A stretch of 64,000 nt of DNA. Origin: Octopus vulgaris (lineage: Eukaryota). The position numbers were made by a program, and so were the translations under genes. Below are positions 51,901 to 64,000 of the stretch, in pieces; the stretch's first letter is position 1; every line of letters begins with the position of its first letter. The notes under the pieces are model-generated. The model did no database searches. It saw nothing but the letters and a program-made list of their open reading frames with translations, and was not told the origin of the DNA. The DNA lies in assembly GCA_951406725.2 (NCBI GenBank), contig OX597816.1:55800001-55864000 (forward strand), read 5' to 3'.

Positions 51901-52865
51901 AGCGTAAATAATTTCATTTAACTCAGTAAAATCAGGTTTTAATTCTCGTATTATTTCATTTGTTACATAGTTGCCAATTTGGATTTGTTTTTTATTTTGG
52001 TTTGTATTTGAGAGTTTATGAAGCGGTTCTCTATCATTCATACTTGTATGTCTTACAACTTCAAGCGTATTCAGGATTTTCTGCCTCATTTCTGCCATAG
52101 ACTCTCTGTGTTCTTCAGCAAATGCGAGATCTTCAGTTACTGTTGTTTTTTCGTTTTCCTGGCTATCTTTAACAGGTACAATAGAATTTCTTGTATCTTC
52201 AGGCCTTTGCGTACTTTGGTCAGATGGCAGTCTTTCAATTAAGCCTCGTGGCGGGCTATACTGTTCATCTGATTCTTCATTTCCTTTGTGTCTTATATTT
52301 ATGTCATTTTCCGTTGCGTGCTTGATCGCGCTTATTTCACTGTCTGTGAGTCTGTTATTTCTAAAGATATCCCTCCTCACATTTGCTAATTTGTTCTCGT
52401 CCAAATAGGGCCTACTGTCTTGATTCCGTGTTCTCCATATACTGTAAGAGTTTGCGGTGTGTCTCTCATGAGATAGCCTACCTAATGCATAGTAATAAGC
52501 GTATATTACTTCTTTATACTCTTCTCGGGTCCATTTGTTCCGCTTACATTTTTCTTTCTGTGGTGGTTGTGGTGGTGAACTTGGAGGGCTCGAGTTGGGG
52601 GATTTCCCGTTCAAGTGACCATCCATGTCCGTATTCGGAGAAGAGTTTGTGCCAGTTGATGACTTTTCGATCCCAGGCTGGCTCTTCCCTGGGGGACGCG
52701 CTTCCAGATTAACCATAGGACAAGCGATTTGGTATACTGATTTAGTTTTCCTTTTAGTTTCCAAAAACATTTTGGTGCTACGATAATGTTATCATTTTTT
52801 AGCTTTGATTGGCTCGTGGGGAGACGGCCATCATTGCCGTTACAATTATAATCGTACCATTATAG
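48909..52865 (-). mobile_element. Near full-length R4/Dong-like non-LTR retrotransposon (RT plus restriction-like endonuclease)
   Basis: Single ORF 52770-49080, 3' UTR ~170 nt ending at (TAA)n, 5' flank of degenerate TAA/TGA repeats. The 5' boundary is approximate. Confidence 0.95.
49080..52770 (-). pseudogene. R4/Dong-like polyprotein (~1230 codons) with two in-frame stops and one frameshift
   Basis: N-terminal KWTREEY motif; RT motifs NYRPITCL, WIDYKKAFDS, GIFQGDSLSP, YMDD, YKYLG; CCHC CRFC...H...C; RHD; KPDI...KY-DL. Stops at 51397-51399 and 49410-49412; +1 frameshift near 51113. Confidence 0.95.
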
Positions 52866-53207
52866 CAGCCGTAATCGGCTTATTATTGTTATTATCATCA
52901 CCATTACCATCACTATCATCATTATCACCACCATTACCATCATCATTATTATCATCACCATCACCATCACCACCATCATCATCAATGATATTGTTTTATG
53001 TGTAGTCACAGCAGTATCTTATTATTGTTATTTTTGTTTTTTTATCATTATCACCATCACAGTAGTGTCTGTCTGTCTCGTTGGCTGGCTTGATGGTTGG
53101 CTGGCTGACTGTCTTTTTTTTTTTTTTTTTTTTTTACTTTAGGTGCGGTCCTATCGGTCAAAAAAAAGTTCAGATGTTTACTACTATTAGGCTTAAGAAA
53201 AATTAAG

Positions 53208-54227
53208 GAAGGGCTGTTCTGTATTGTTTGTGAATAGAGAAGTTGTGTTCGACCAGAGAGAATCGTAGCATCATCATTTTTTTTTTTTTCCACGTGCGTT
53301 TGTGTTATTGCAATAAAAAGTGTTTGTATATTTCCTGTAAGGTAATATTGTGGAGGTTGAAGACTTTTCTAGAGATGTTTGTATGTCCAGTTAGAAGAAC
53401 AGGTGTGTTTTTACAATAAAAAGTATATGTTTACATTTATATTTGAATATTCAGGGAGGAAGCAAAGAAAAGTCAGATTTTCATAGAAAGTTTTAGGGTT
53501 TTGTAAGTCCACAAAAAGAAAAAAAAGAAAAGCGTGATGTTTTTAGAGAGAAGAAAAAAAAAAGGATGTTTACAGAGGCAATTGTGGGTATCAAAGTTTT
53601 TAAAGCTGGTCGAATGTATGATTGAAAACTGTAGATATGTAAATTTGTAAATTTTCTTAACTTATTTTGAAGGGCTGTTCTGTATTATTTGTGAATAGAG
53701 AAGCTGTGTTCGACCAGAGAGAATCTTAGCATCATTATTTTTTTCCATGTGCGTTTGTGTTATTGCAATAAAAAATGTTTGTATATTTCGTGCTTATTTT
53801 GAATGGCTATTCTGTATTATTTGTGAATAGAGAAGCTGTGTTCGACCAGAGAGAATCTTAGCATCATTATTTTTTCCATGTGCGTTTGTGTTATTGCAAT
53901 AAAAAGTGTTTGTATATTTCGTGCAAGGTAATATTGTGGAGGTTGAAGTTGACCCCTCTAGAGATGTTTGTATGTCCAGTTAGAAGAACAGGTGTGTTTT
54001 GCAATAAAGAGTATATGTTTACATTTATATTTGAATATTCTGGGAGGAAGCAAAGAAAAGTCAGATTTTCATAGAAAGTTTTAGGGTTTTGCAAGTCCAC
54101 AAAAAGAAAAGCGTGATGTTTTTAGAGAGAAGAAAAAAAAGGGTGCTTACAGAGGCAGTTGTGGGTATTAAAGTTTTTAAAGCCGATCGGATGTATGTTT
54201 GAAAGTTGCAGATATGTAAATTTGTAA

Positions 54228-54230
<3 letters not shown>
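53208..54230. repeat. Local tandem duplication of a ~440-bp unit (full, partial, full)
   Basis: ggct(g/a)ttctgtatt...gtgttcgaccagagagaatc starts at ~53212, ~53673 and ~53805; copies 1 and 3 both end aaatttgtaaatt. Confidence 0.93.
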
Positions 54231-54301
<71 letters not shown>

Positions 54302-55950
54302 CTTCTCCTGTCCACCCGTCAATGTATTTGGTGTGGATAGAAAAATAAATAGATCGACAAGTAAAAGATATAAAAAGAAAAAATATATGTTACACCATTA
54401 TTTTCTTGTCAGTCACAATAACATACGATGTTTGAAATTTCCCTCTGACAAACCCTTGCTCTTTCACCCTTGGTCTTTCTTTTTTCTTTCTTTCTTTCTT
54501 TCTTCCCGTCTCTCAACATCAAAATTTAGCAACTATTTAATCATGTCATTGCCCTGTTACTGTTATTATCATTTCACTACTTCTCTTCACCTCTTACTTC
54601 CAATAACCACATGACAGTTTCACTATTCTCTCCCTTTTCTCCTCCCTCTCGCTCTCTTTTTCTCTGTCAGTCTGTTTCTCACTTCCTCTCTCTCTTTCTC
54701 CCTCTCTCTCTCTCTCTCTCTTTGCCTTTTTAACCTCACCACCAAAACATCAACCCTCCTCTAAGCATTGTATTCGTAACTCTCCATATATCACTCCCTT
54801 CAACTCCCATTTTAACATCGTAATAAATATCATGTTCCTTCCTCTTCCTCACCTCGTTGACACTTTTCTCTCCCCCTTTTTTCTCTCCCTTTTTCCTTTC
54901 TCTCTCTCTTTCTATCTCGCTCTTCGCCTTTCACTTCAACCAATCACGTGACAGCGTAGCGCATCTCAGCCTTAGATTATTAACGGTAAATAAACAGGAA
55001 ATCTCAAGAGAGAAATGATCCAAGCTAAAATCCAACAACCTTATAACAGACCTGGATTAAATCATAATAGCAAACCTAATTCTAGCTGCATAGTACCAAT
55101 GCCTAACCACAAATATTTACAAAGATTATTTGTCATAACGAGGATAACAATAAATGATCTGAGACAAGTGACTCCATATAATTATTCACATCAGCGGACA
55201 TGTCTGCCAATATAATTTAACGTGGAAATGGATGAGTGATATAAACACGATCTAATACAGTACTCAGCACCATTCTGGGAAGAATCCTCCATGTCTTGCT
55301 AGTCCTATGTTTTATCCATAAGAAGGCGAACTTACAACGTTACTAGAATGTAAGATATATGGTCTGAAGGAGAAAAGATTATCAATAATAACTGGAGCAC
55401 AAGGCATCATTGTTTTATGTGGGACTGTAACTTACGAATAAAATAACAATAAGAACAAGATTTTGTCTTGGATTATCGTCCCTCAATTTCTTGTTAGGTG
55501 GTCTCTTTGCTTCTGGTCATCTTCCTGTTCGTTTGCTCCTGAAACCGAGAATGAGACGGTTTTCTCGTTGTTTCCCGAATCACGACCCGTAATATAATGA
55601 GAGAACAGGAAGTATGTCTGTTCTTTTATTATAGATACTTTATGCATTCATCTCTTCCCTACGTTTCAACCTTCTCACGACAGAGTACATATATGGCGCG
55701 GTTGTATTCTTTTGGGATTTCCGATGGTGACAACATATCGTTTCTACCTTCCACCGCATTCACTATATGTCGGCGTAGTGCCTCAACAAAATGCATGTCA
55801 ACGTAACCACTAAGAATGTTTTGGTTCCGCTCATTGTATTTAGTCAACCCATTCAATGCGGCACAAATTTGTGGAAAGTGTGAATTACTCGGCCAGCCAT
55901 CTCGCTTTGTCCCGAGACTTATATGACTCCTCTTATATGTCTTCTGAGAC

Positions 55951-55951
<1 letters not shown>

Positions 55952-56035
<84 letters not shown>
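55952..56035. repeat. (TA)n microsatellite
   Basis: Direct reading. Confidence 0.98.
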
Positions 56036-56036
<1 letters not shown>

Positions 56037-56344
56037 TTCAGCTGACAGAAACTACATCATTCTACACCTTGTACATGGTATTCTTGAACTGTCCATGTGA
56101 CAACAATTGTAAAACCCTGGTCTCTTTCATGAAGTACAGGATATTTTCTTCGAGGAATGATGCACCTACATTAGTAACGAAACACTGCCAATTTGCGTTC
56201 ATTTCTCCGGAAACTTATTCCCGTCAACACTTCTTTTGGGAGAATAATACTATCGAAAGAGATTTATTAACGATAATATTTCAGTCTGTATCATGTAAAT
56301 TACAGATTTCACTGGCTGATATTGCGTTATTTTACTTATTTGAC

Positions 56345-56384
<40 letters not shown>

Positions 56385-57636
56385 CCTCTTAAACTGAATC
56401 TAGTTTTATTGTTTTGTATTCTTTTAAGTTCATATTTATTTTTTTACTTAGTTGCCTTGCCTGCTGCTTTAGCACGAAGAGCCATGTTGAAAAGCAAATG
56501 TAAACACAAGAAACTGTATTAAAAATATGTCTAAAACAGACATTTCACCCCAGGTATTGGTAATGATTCAACACATTCATATGTTTTGCAGTTTGGAAAT
56601 AATCAGAGAAAGCAAAATAAGCTTTCATTCGAAAAATGTTGCAAAAAATTTAATTCTATTGGAGGTTTCTAAAAACGTGACCGTTTAGCATAAAAGACTT
56701 GAACAGCGACGACCCACGACGATGAGGCTGAAGATGGTTATGGTAACAACAACAACAGCAACAACAGCGAGAGTAATAATAATCTTATACTATAATAAGA
56801 GACGCGTCCGTCCGTCTGTCCGAAGCGATTAGTAACTAGATAGAGGAAAAGAAGAGTTAGAGAGAGAGGGGGAGGTAGAGAAGTAGATTTGAGAAGAGGA
56901 GGGAGAGAGAAGCAGGAGAGACAGAGAGACATGCACAAAGAGAGATAGAGAGAGAAAGAACATGCGTATGTAAAAGGAATGCCTGTCCGAAGCATCTCTG
57001 TAAATAAAATACAAATATTGCCATGCATGGCCGCGTCTGTCCAAAGTCATCAGTAATAAGATAGAACCGTAATTCCCAACGTGGGGCATGGTAATATTTT
57101 GGTGAGGCAAGCGTAGAGTTATGTTGTATTTATACTTTTTGTACACAATGTTTAGTATACCAATGGATAAAGGGGGCAATTCGAGAATGCGTTATTAAAA
57201 AAAATCTTTACATCCCTTCTGTGGACAATTTATCAAATTTTGGACACTTTAGAGACAATGTGTGTGTGTGTGTGTGTGCGTTTGTGTGTCCTTGCGTGCG
57301 TGCATGCGTGTATGTAGTATAGTACTAGTCAGTAGTGAAAGCAATACGATCTTAATTCCCTGTGGAGAAATAAACTGGAGATTTATGTGTGCGGGTTTGT
57401 CTAAAAGTATTGAGTCTTTTATCTCTGGTTACAAAAATCTAGGCAAGAGAATAACTGCCACAAGAACAACGTGAGCAGAGTTTAGAACAAGATGCAGCTC
57501 AACACAGAAGACATCGGCAAATCAAAATGTGGTGCTGCAGAATATGGCAATAAATGGTGTTGGAGTGAGGGATGAAAGAATTGAATGGTGTAAAATGGGT
57601 TGAAATGGAGGTGAAGTAAGGGATAGAGAAAGAGGC

Positions 57637-57932
<296 letters not shown>

Positions 57933-58599
57933 ATATATATGAACAGAGATGAAAATTTATTTTATTCCCATCAATTAGTTTGTTAATTCAGCAAAAAGTG
58001 ATGATAAAACTTCCATCGTTGATACAAAGGCTTTTTCTTTTGAGAAGATTCACGGAATATTTTGTTTCTCTTCGAGCATATTTCCCGAAAGTTTATACTT
58101 GAATCTTTATGAAGAAATTGTTGACAATAGGGCGAAAAACTCGGATCTTGTGAATTTCCCGAAAAGGTACCTCCCCCACCATTGCTTTCAATGCATTTTG
58201 TTCCTCATATTCGCTTCCTACTCATTTATCTACATCCGTTGCACAAATTCTTTTTATATTTTGTTTCCGAGTAATATTGTAAACATTAATCAATATTTTA
58301 AATGCTTGCCGAGTGGTAATTAATTCTTAATATTTACCGTTGCATGTGAGTACCATTTCTATAGCTCTGTCAATGTATTCGCTGTGTTTTTTTTTATTTC
58401 TTCTTTCATTCATTTGTGAGTCTCAAATAAAAACATGTATGCGTGTGCGCATATTCGTGAGAAAGTCTGGCTATTTTTATACCTCACGCTGTGTAAATAA
58501 GATACGAATATTGTCATCATAATACAATCGCCTGTCTCACTATTATTTTCATAACATTCTATTTAATTAATAAATATTTAATTCCAATTTTTCCATGGA

Positions 58600-61500
58600 A
58601 GAGGAATGGTCTAATTATAGAAGAACTGCAAAATGTTTGAGTTAGCAATTCATAGAACAAAAAGAAGAGCAACGTAAAAGGAACACAAAGACGGTGTCAG
58701 CTCCCTCTGGCGCAGTCACGGGAGCGAAGAATGCAAATTTTAAAACAAGATGCTGTTTTGCATAGAATTGCAAGAGAATAACTGCCACAAGAACAACGTG
58801 AGCAGAGTTTAGAACAAGATGCAGCTCAACACAGAAGACATCGGCAAATCAAAAATAGGCTGACTCTTAATATAGCTCGACAATATGATAGAGATGGACT
58901 TCTGTACGTTCTACACGTTGCTCGCCATTGTTGCGGCCTCATGGAAGTGCGTTGCCACCACTGCAATGCTTTGATCTTTATTGGAGAGCGTAAAGGAGGA
59001 ACAATGAACAATCCCAGTTTTGGTATATGCTGTAAATCAGGAATAATAAAAATTGAGTTACCGAACGAACTTGTTGATCTCTTTCTTTCTTATACTCTCG
59101 AAGCAAAATATTTCAAATGTAACATTCAACAGCGCAATGGCAATGTGTTCTATGGAAGTAGATGACACTTCAATTCTGAGAGGAATCACAAATCTACTAC
59201 ATATATGGGGAATTCTCTCTGTAGGTGTGTTTGTGGTGTTGTTAGCAAACTCCTCCTACATCGTTTTATCGATTTTGATAAAACTTGAACGTGATTAGAA
59301 CTTGTGTTTGGAAATCTGTTAGTATACATGAATTGTTGAAAAAGATCGATAATAGCGCTCCTGAAAGGAGTCCTTATATATATCTTAAATATTTCAGCTT
59401 AACAGCCAAGGGAAATAACCCATTAGCCCAGATTTTAACAGCCAAGAGAAATAACCCATTCATTTTCCTAAATCATTTGGTATGTATCAAATTGAGTATG
59501 CTTGTTTCTTAGTATTTGAACTGTTAGAGTAATTTTCACAATTTATCCAGTTCAATCCTTAAATAAGTAAATAGTATTTGCCTAAACAATAGATCCACTT
59601 ATTTTGGTTAGTGAATTATTAACGAATATACAAACACTAGCGCCGCTGAGGGTAATATTCTCCGGGAACGCACAAAAGCCGTTTTCAGAGTTATTTACTT
59701 TGAATTGTTATTATCTCATATCTGATGAGCCTATTATTTCATAACATGCTTCACGATTTTAGTATACATACATTATTAGTATTTCCTCCTAAGTTCTATA
59801 TACTATGGGAACGCATTGAAGCACTTTTGGGGGCTACTTTATTTGAATTCTTACTATCGGGTAATTACTTTCATGTTATTACATAATTGACTTCACAATT
59901 TGGGTATTCATAACTTATTGGAAATTCCTAAAAGGAGATCCTGTGTAAGACAGTTCGGTATTCTCTGTAAATGCACAAAAACCGTTTTCTATGATTATGA
60001 AGAACAAATAAGAAGATGAATTCAAAGAATGCCTCTTGACAATGCAAACCAAGCCTTCGATGTAAACATATTTCGAAAAATTCATTTTTCTACGATGTCT
60101 GCTGGAAATACAATCTTTTCTATCAGTGCAGGAGCAAATTGACGCCGGGAATATTCCGCTCATGTGTCAGTTGGCTTACATGCGGATAAAAAACCTCATG
60201 GGGAACACTCCAGGAGATATAATCCACCAACTTTTAGTGAGCTTGATATTCTTATACAAAATAATTTTGATGAGGACATGAATTGTTCAGAACGAGTGGT
60301 CGTAAAAAGAATTCAGAGCAGAGAATAAATATATAGTGACTCGCATTGATCATATGACACAATGATGTAACCGTGTTTTTTTTCCTTGTGGTGCCGCCTT
60401 CGATTAATGAATGAAAATGTCAACCGTCAAATTTCAATAGTTCAATTTTATTGTTATCGCATCACAAAAAGAACAGGATCTACAAATATATTGCAATTAG
60501 GTCGGCGTTTATTTCAGCAATACTGTGTAGATCTATTTGCCAAAGTACAACCCACCTGCTACGATATGTTCGTAACAATCAAGTAACTTTAAGAGCTGAT
60601 TTATATAATGGCTTACAAGATGCTATACTTGCAGGTGATAGTGATCGTACAGGTCGTAGATATATATATTACCAAGTCCGTTTACAGGAAGTCTGCGATA
60701 TATGACAAAGCACTTCCAGGATGCAATGGCCATAGTTAGAAATTTGGCACACCTACTTTATTTCTGATTTTTACATGCAACCCTAGATGGCATTAAATAG
60801 TTAACGAGCTTTCTGTGGGCCAGACGGCAGTTAACCGACCAGATATCACTGCAAGAGTATTTAAGTTAAAGCAACTGCAACAATTGCGCGATATCAAATC
60901 AAGTGTCCTTGGGAAACATATTGCTCATGTGAACACAGCGGAATTTTAAGAAAGAGGATAACCTCATTGCCATTTTTTATTCATAATACAAAATCATCAC
61001 AACACATGGCAAAAAATTGCATAAACTGTCACAGCTGAAATTCCTAATCCCGAAAATCCAAGCATTTATTATTATTATTTTTGGTGTAAAAATAATAAAG
61101 GTTGGAGAATTGTTAGACAAAGTGACGATATTCTAGAAGCTATTGGTAGTGTGTACACAGTACATCCATCGCAAGGGGAGCTGTTTTATCTTAGATTATT
61201 ACCTCAACATAAAGCGGGAGCGACGAGCTTTGAAAATTTAATCACAATTAACAGTATTGTTTGAGAAAATTTTAAGCACGCATGTCGAATGACGAATCTA
61301 TTAAAAAATGATCAAGAATAGCAACTTTGTCTAAATGAGGAAAGAACAATATGTTCGGTGAATGATTTACGAAATTTGTTTTACAATATTCTTCAGTTTT
61401 GCTCTCCATCCAAACCACTAGAATTATACAACATGTTTCGCGAAGATCTTTTCCAAGATTACTTCCATCAAATGAGACAACACAATTTCTCTCATGAAGC

Positions 61501-62810
61501 AGCTTTGGGCATTGCTCTGAATTAAATGCTGTGTGAGTTGGATCATCGCATGGGTCATCATGACCGTAGTACAATATTTTTTCTGGATTACCAGCTGCTA
61601 TTCATGATCTCCGAATTAATAATCTTCTATTTCATGAAGATGAGATGGATTCAAATGCCGAAGAACTTTTCAGTGTTAACATCCATATGCTAAATTATGC
61701 ACACTTGATTGTTTGGGACGAGGCCCCCATGTGTCATCGTTATCTATCTGAAACGCTGAATCGAACGCTGAAGGATATAATGAACAACGATTTGATCTCT
61801 GATGGCAAATTGATACTTTTAGGTAGTGATTTACGTCAAATTCGAAGAGCACGAAGGTCTTCTCTAATTTGAACATGTTTGAAAAAATCTGTAATTTGGC
61901 ATGAATGCGAAGTACTTCATCTCACCACTAATATGAGAGTTCAAAACTGTCTCAGCAATAATGATATCACCTCTCAAGATGGACTGGCATATCATTCTGT
62001 TTGGTTAGTGCAAGTTGGTCATGGAATTTTCAAAGGCAATTACATGATCATGTAGGAAATATTCTTCAGCAATTTCAAGTCAACAGCAAGGAAGATTTGA
62101 TCAACCATGTCTATAAAGATTTAGAGGTTAATTTTAACAATGCCCAATGGTTATCATCACGAGCAATATTAACAACAAAGAATGAAGAATTTGACAATCT
62201 AAAAACCACATAATCCAGAAATTTCCAGTTGAGACATATACTCAGGCGTACTGATTCCGTTGCAGAAGATCAATAATCTGCACTCTATCATCCTGAATTT
62301 CTGAATTCTCTTAATACAAGTGGCATGTCACCTCACATTATCAACTTAAAAACGGGTGTTCCTTTAATGTTGCTAAGAAACTTAGATCAGAAAAATGGGC
62401 ACTGCAATGGCGCACGTTATAGAGTGTTATCGGTGTCAGATAATATGATCACTGCAAGTAAAATAACTGGTGTTTATGTAGGACACACACTTTTGATTCC
62501 CCGCATTATTCTGTAACCATCTGATACCGATTTGTCCATTACATTGAAAAGACGCCAATTTCCAGTGAGACCTGCTTTCGCGATATCTATAAACAAAAGT
62601 CAAGTTCAAAGCCTTTCTAATTGCGGCATCTACATGCCTGCGCCCGTATTTATTCATGGCCGGTTATATGTCGCCCTTAGTAGAGTTGGGGATCCAGTGA
62701 ATCTTAAAACATTTGATGAGCAAAAAGAATTTACCAGATCAGGAACAAGTAGACCGTCATAGGGAAAATGTAAGAAGACTTACGTGTAATGTTGTCTACA
62801 CGGAAAGAGT
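58600..62810 (+). pseudogene. Helitron RepHel (Zn finger, HUH Rep, Pif1 helicase), heavily disrupted
   Basis: CHHCNAL...GICCKSG; GRRLFQQYCVD; NNQVTLRADLYNGLQDA; LPSPFTGSLRYM...QDAMAIV; FTCNPRW; RPDITARVF; EF*ERG*PHCH (cf. EFQKRGLPHxH); IVWDEAPM; GSDLRQI; LTTNMRV; LLRNLDQKNGHCNG; RRQFPVRPAFAISINKSQ; HGRLYVALSRV. An AT-rich interruption lies at ~59180-59900. Confidence 0.95.
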
Positions 62811-63024
62811 GTCAATATTGATATTCTGCTTGTGTAAAAAGTAAGATTTGTTTAATATTTTCTTTGTTATTTTATAACTGATTTTGTACAGTATTTACAT
62901 AAATAAGAATATGTAAATATATTATCAAATTATATCTTTTGTGTATTTCTCAAACAATAGTTGAATTAAATTGAAATGTTATTTTAAACATAGCATTGTT
63001 TTTTCCTTATTGACGGGTCATGCA

Positions 63025-63025
63025 T

Positions 63026-63081
<56 letters not shown>

Positions 63082-63223
63082 TTACTACTACTACTACTAA
63101 TAATAATAATAATAATAATAATGATGATGATGATGATGATGATGATGATAACAACAACAACAACAACAATAACAACAACAATAACAACAACAATAATAAT
63201 AATAACAATAATAATAATAATAA
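63025..63223. repeat. (CTA)n(TAA)n(TGA)n(CAA)n compound microsatellite
   Basis: Direct reading. Confidence 0.97.
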
Positions 63224-63254
63224 TCCAGCGAATCACAATAAGAACCAAAATAAT

Positions 63255-63715
63255 GGTTTCAATTTTAGGCACAAGGGCAACAATCTCAGGCAAGGGGATA
63301 ATACGATTACAACGACCCTAGTTTTTCACAGGCACTAATTTTATCGACCCCGAAAAGATGAAAGGCAAAGTCGACCTCGGTGGAATTTGAACTCAGAACG
63401 TGCAGACGGACGAAATACCGCCAAGCATTGTGCCCAGTCTGAGAACGACTCTGCCAACTTCCACCTTAAAACATAATGAATTTTACCAGATTGTACAATT
63501 ATATGAGACAAAATACTGGTTTCAAATTTGGCACAAGGCCGGTAAGAACGAGGAAGGGAATAAGTCGATTACATCGACCTCCGGTGCTTGACTGGTATTT
63601 ACTTTGTCACACCCGAAGGGACAGGATAAAAGTCGACTCGGCGGTAATTTGAACGCAAAACGTAAAAACGCACGAAATACTGCTAAACATTGTGCTCGCA
63701 CTGCAAGCCATTATT
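63255..63715 (-). mobile_element. Two Nin-domain SINE copies (63255-63467, 63520-63715)
   Basis: gatgaaaggcaaagtcgacctcggtggaatttgaactcagaacg core and a more degenerate second copy. Confidence 0.82.
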
Positions 63716-64000
63716 TCAGGTCGTCCTTAATAACAACCAAAATAATGTTCTGAAATTGTCATTATTTAGTCGTAGCATAACCGTGTTCGATTACAACGGT
63801 GTTCAAAGATTGCAAGGCTATGATCAACGCCTGCTTATCTGTACTGTACATAAAATGTTACACAAACGTACACGTAATAACAACAATAACAACACACACA
63901 TATACGTACACGCACGCACACATACATACACACGCACTATATGCATATACAACTACTGTAGCTTTTTTTAGTGGGACTTCACAATATTTTTGAATCTTTT

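Noticed and set aside
55659-56170. Protein-like minus-strand frames
   Set aside because: No recognisable domain and ambiguous splice sites.

Overview
Eukaryotic, AT-rich, repeat-dominated genomic DNA with no prokaryotic features. The tRNA-derived SINE families (CORE-type and Nin/Deu-domain type) and the extreme (TA)n/(GATA)n/(TAA)n/(TATG)n load are most consistent with a coleoid cephalopod (Octopus); this is inferred from recognised repeat families, not from a database hit. Most supplied ORFs are microsatellite artefacts. Real coding remnants are all transposon-derived: a decayed mariner (462-1291), an RTE-type RT fragment (~21150-21920), a Tc1 3' end (28510-28987), a Penelope-like (Neptune-type RT + GIY-YIG) element (~32010-33475), a 5'-truncated (34320-35535) and a nearly intact (48909-52865) R4/Dong-like RLE LINE in (TAA)n tracts, and a degenerate Helitron (56783-~63020). 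Two phase-compatible minus-strand exons (7972-8100, 5423-5497) may be the end of an unidentified host gene. The most interesting signal is non-coding. The window carries about ten hammerhead-ribozyme-like motifs from at least five Penelope pseudo-LTR families, mostly inside (TA)n tracts. Several sit in fold-back palindromes whose turn point is the 5' edge of the ribozyme and whose inverted arm stops just after an AATAAA. Three near-exact 85-94 bp local duplications and a possible (TATG)n-targeting RLE LINE are also flagged.
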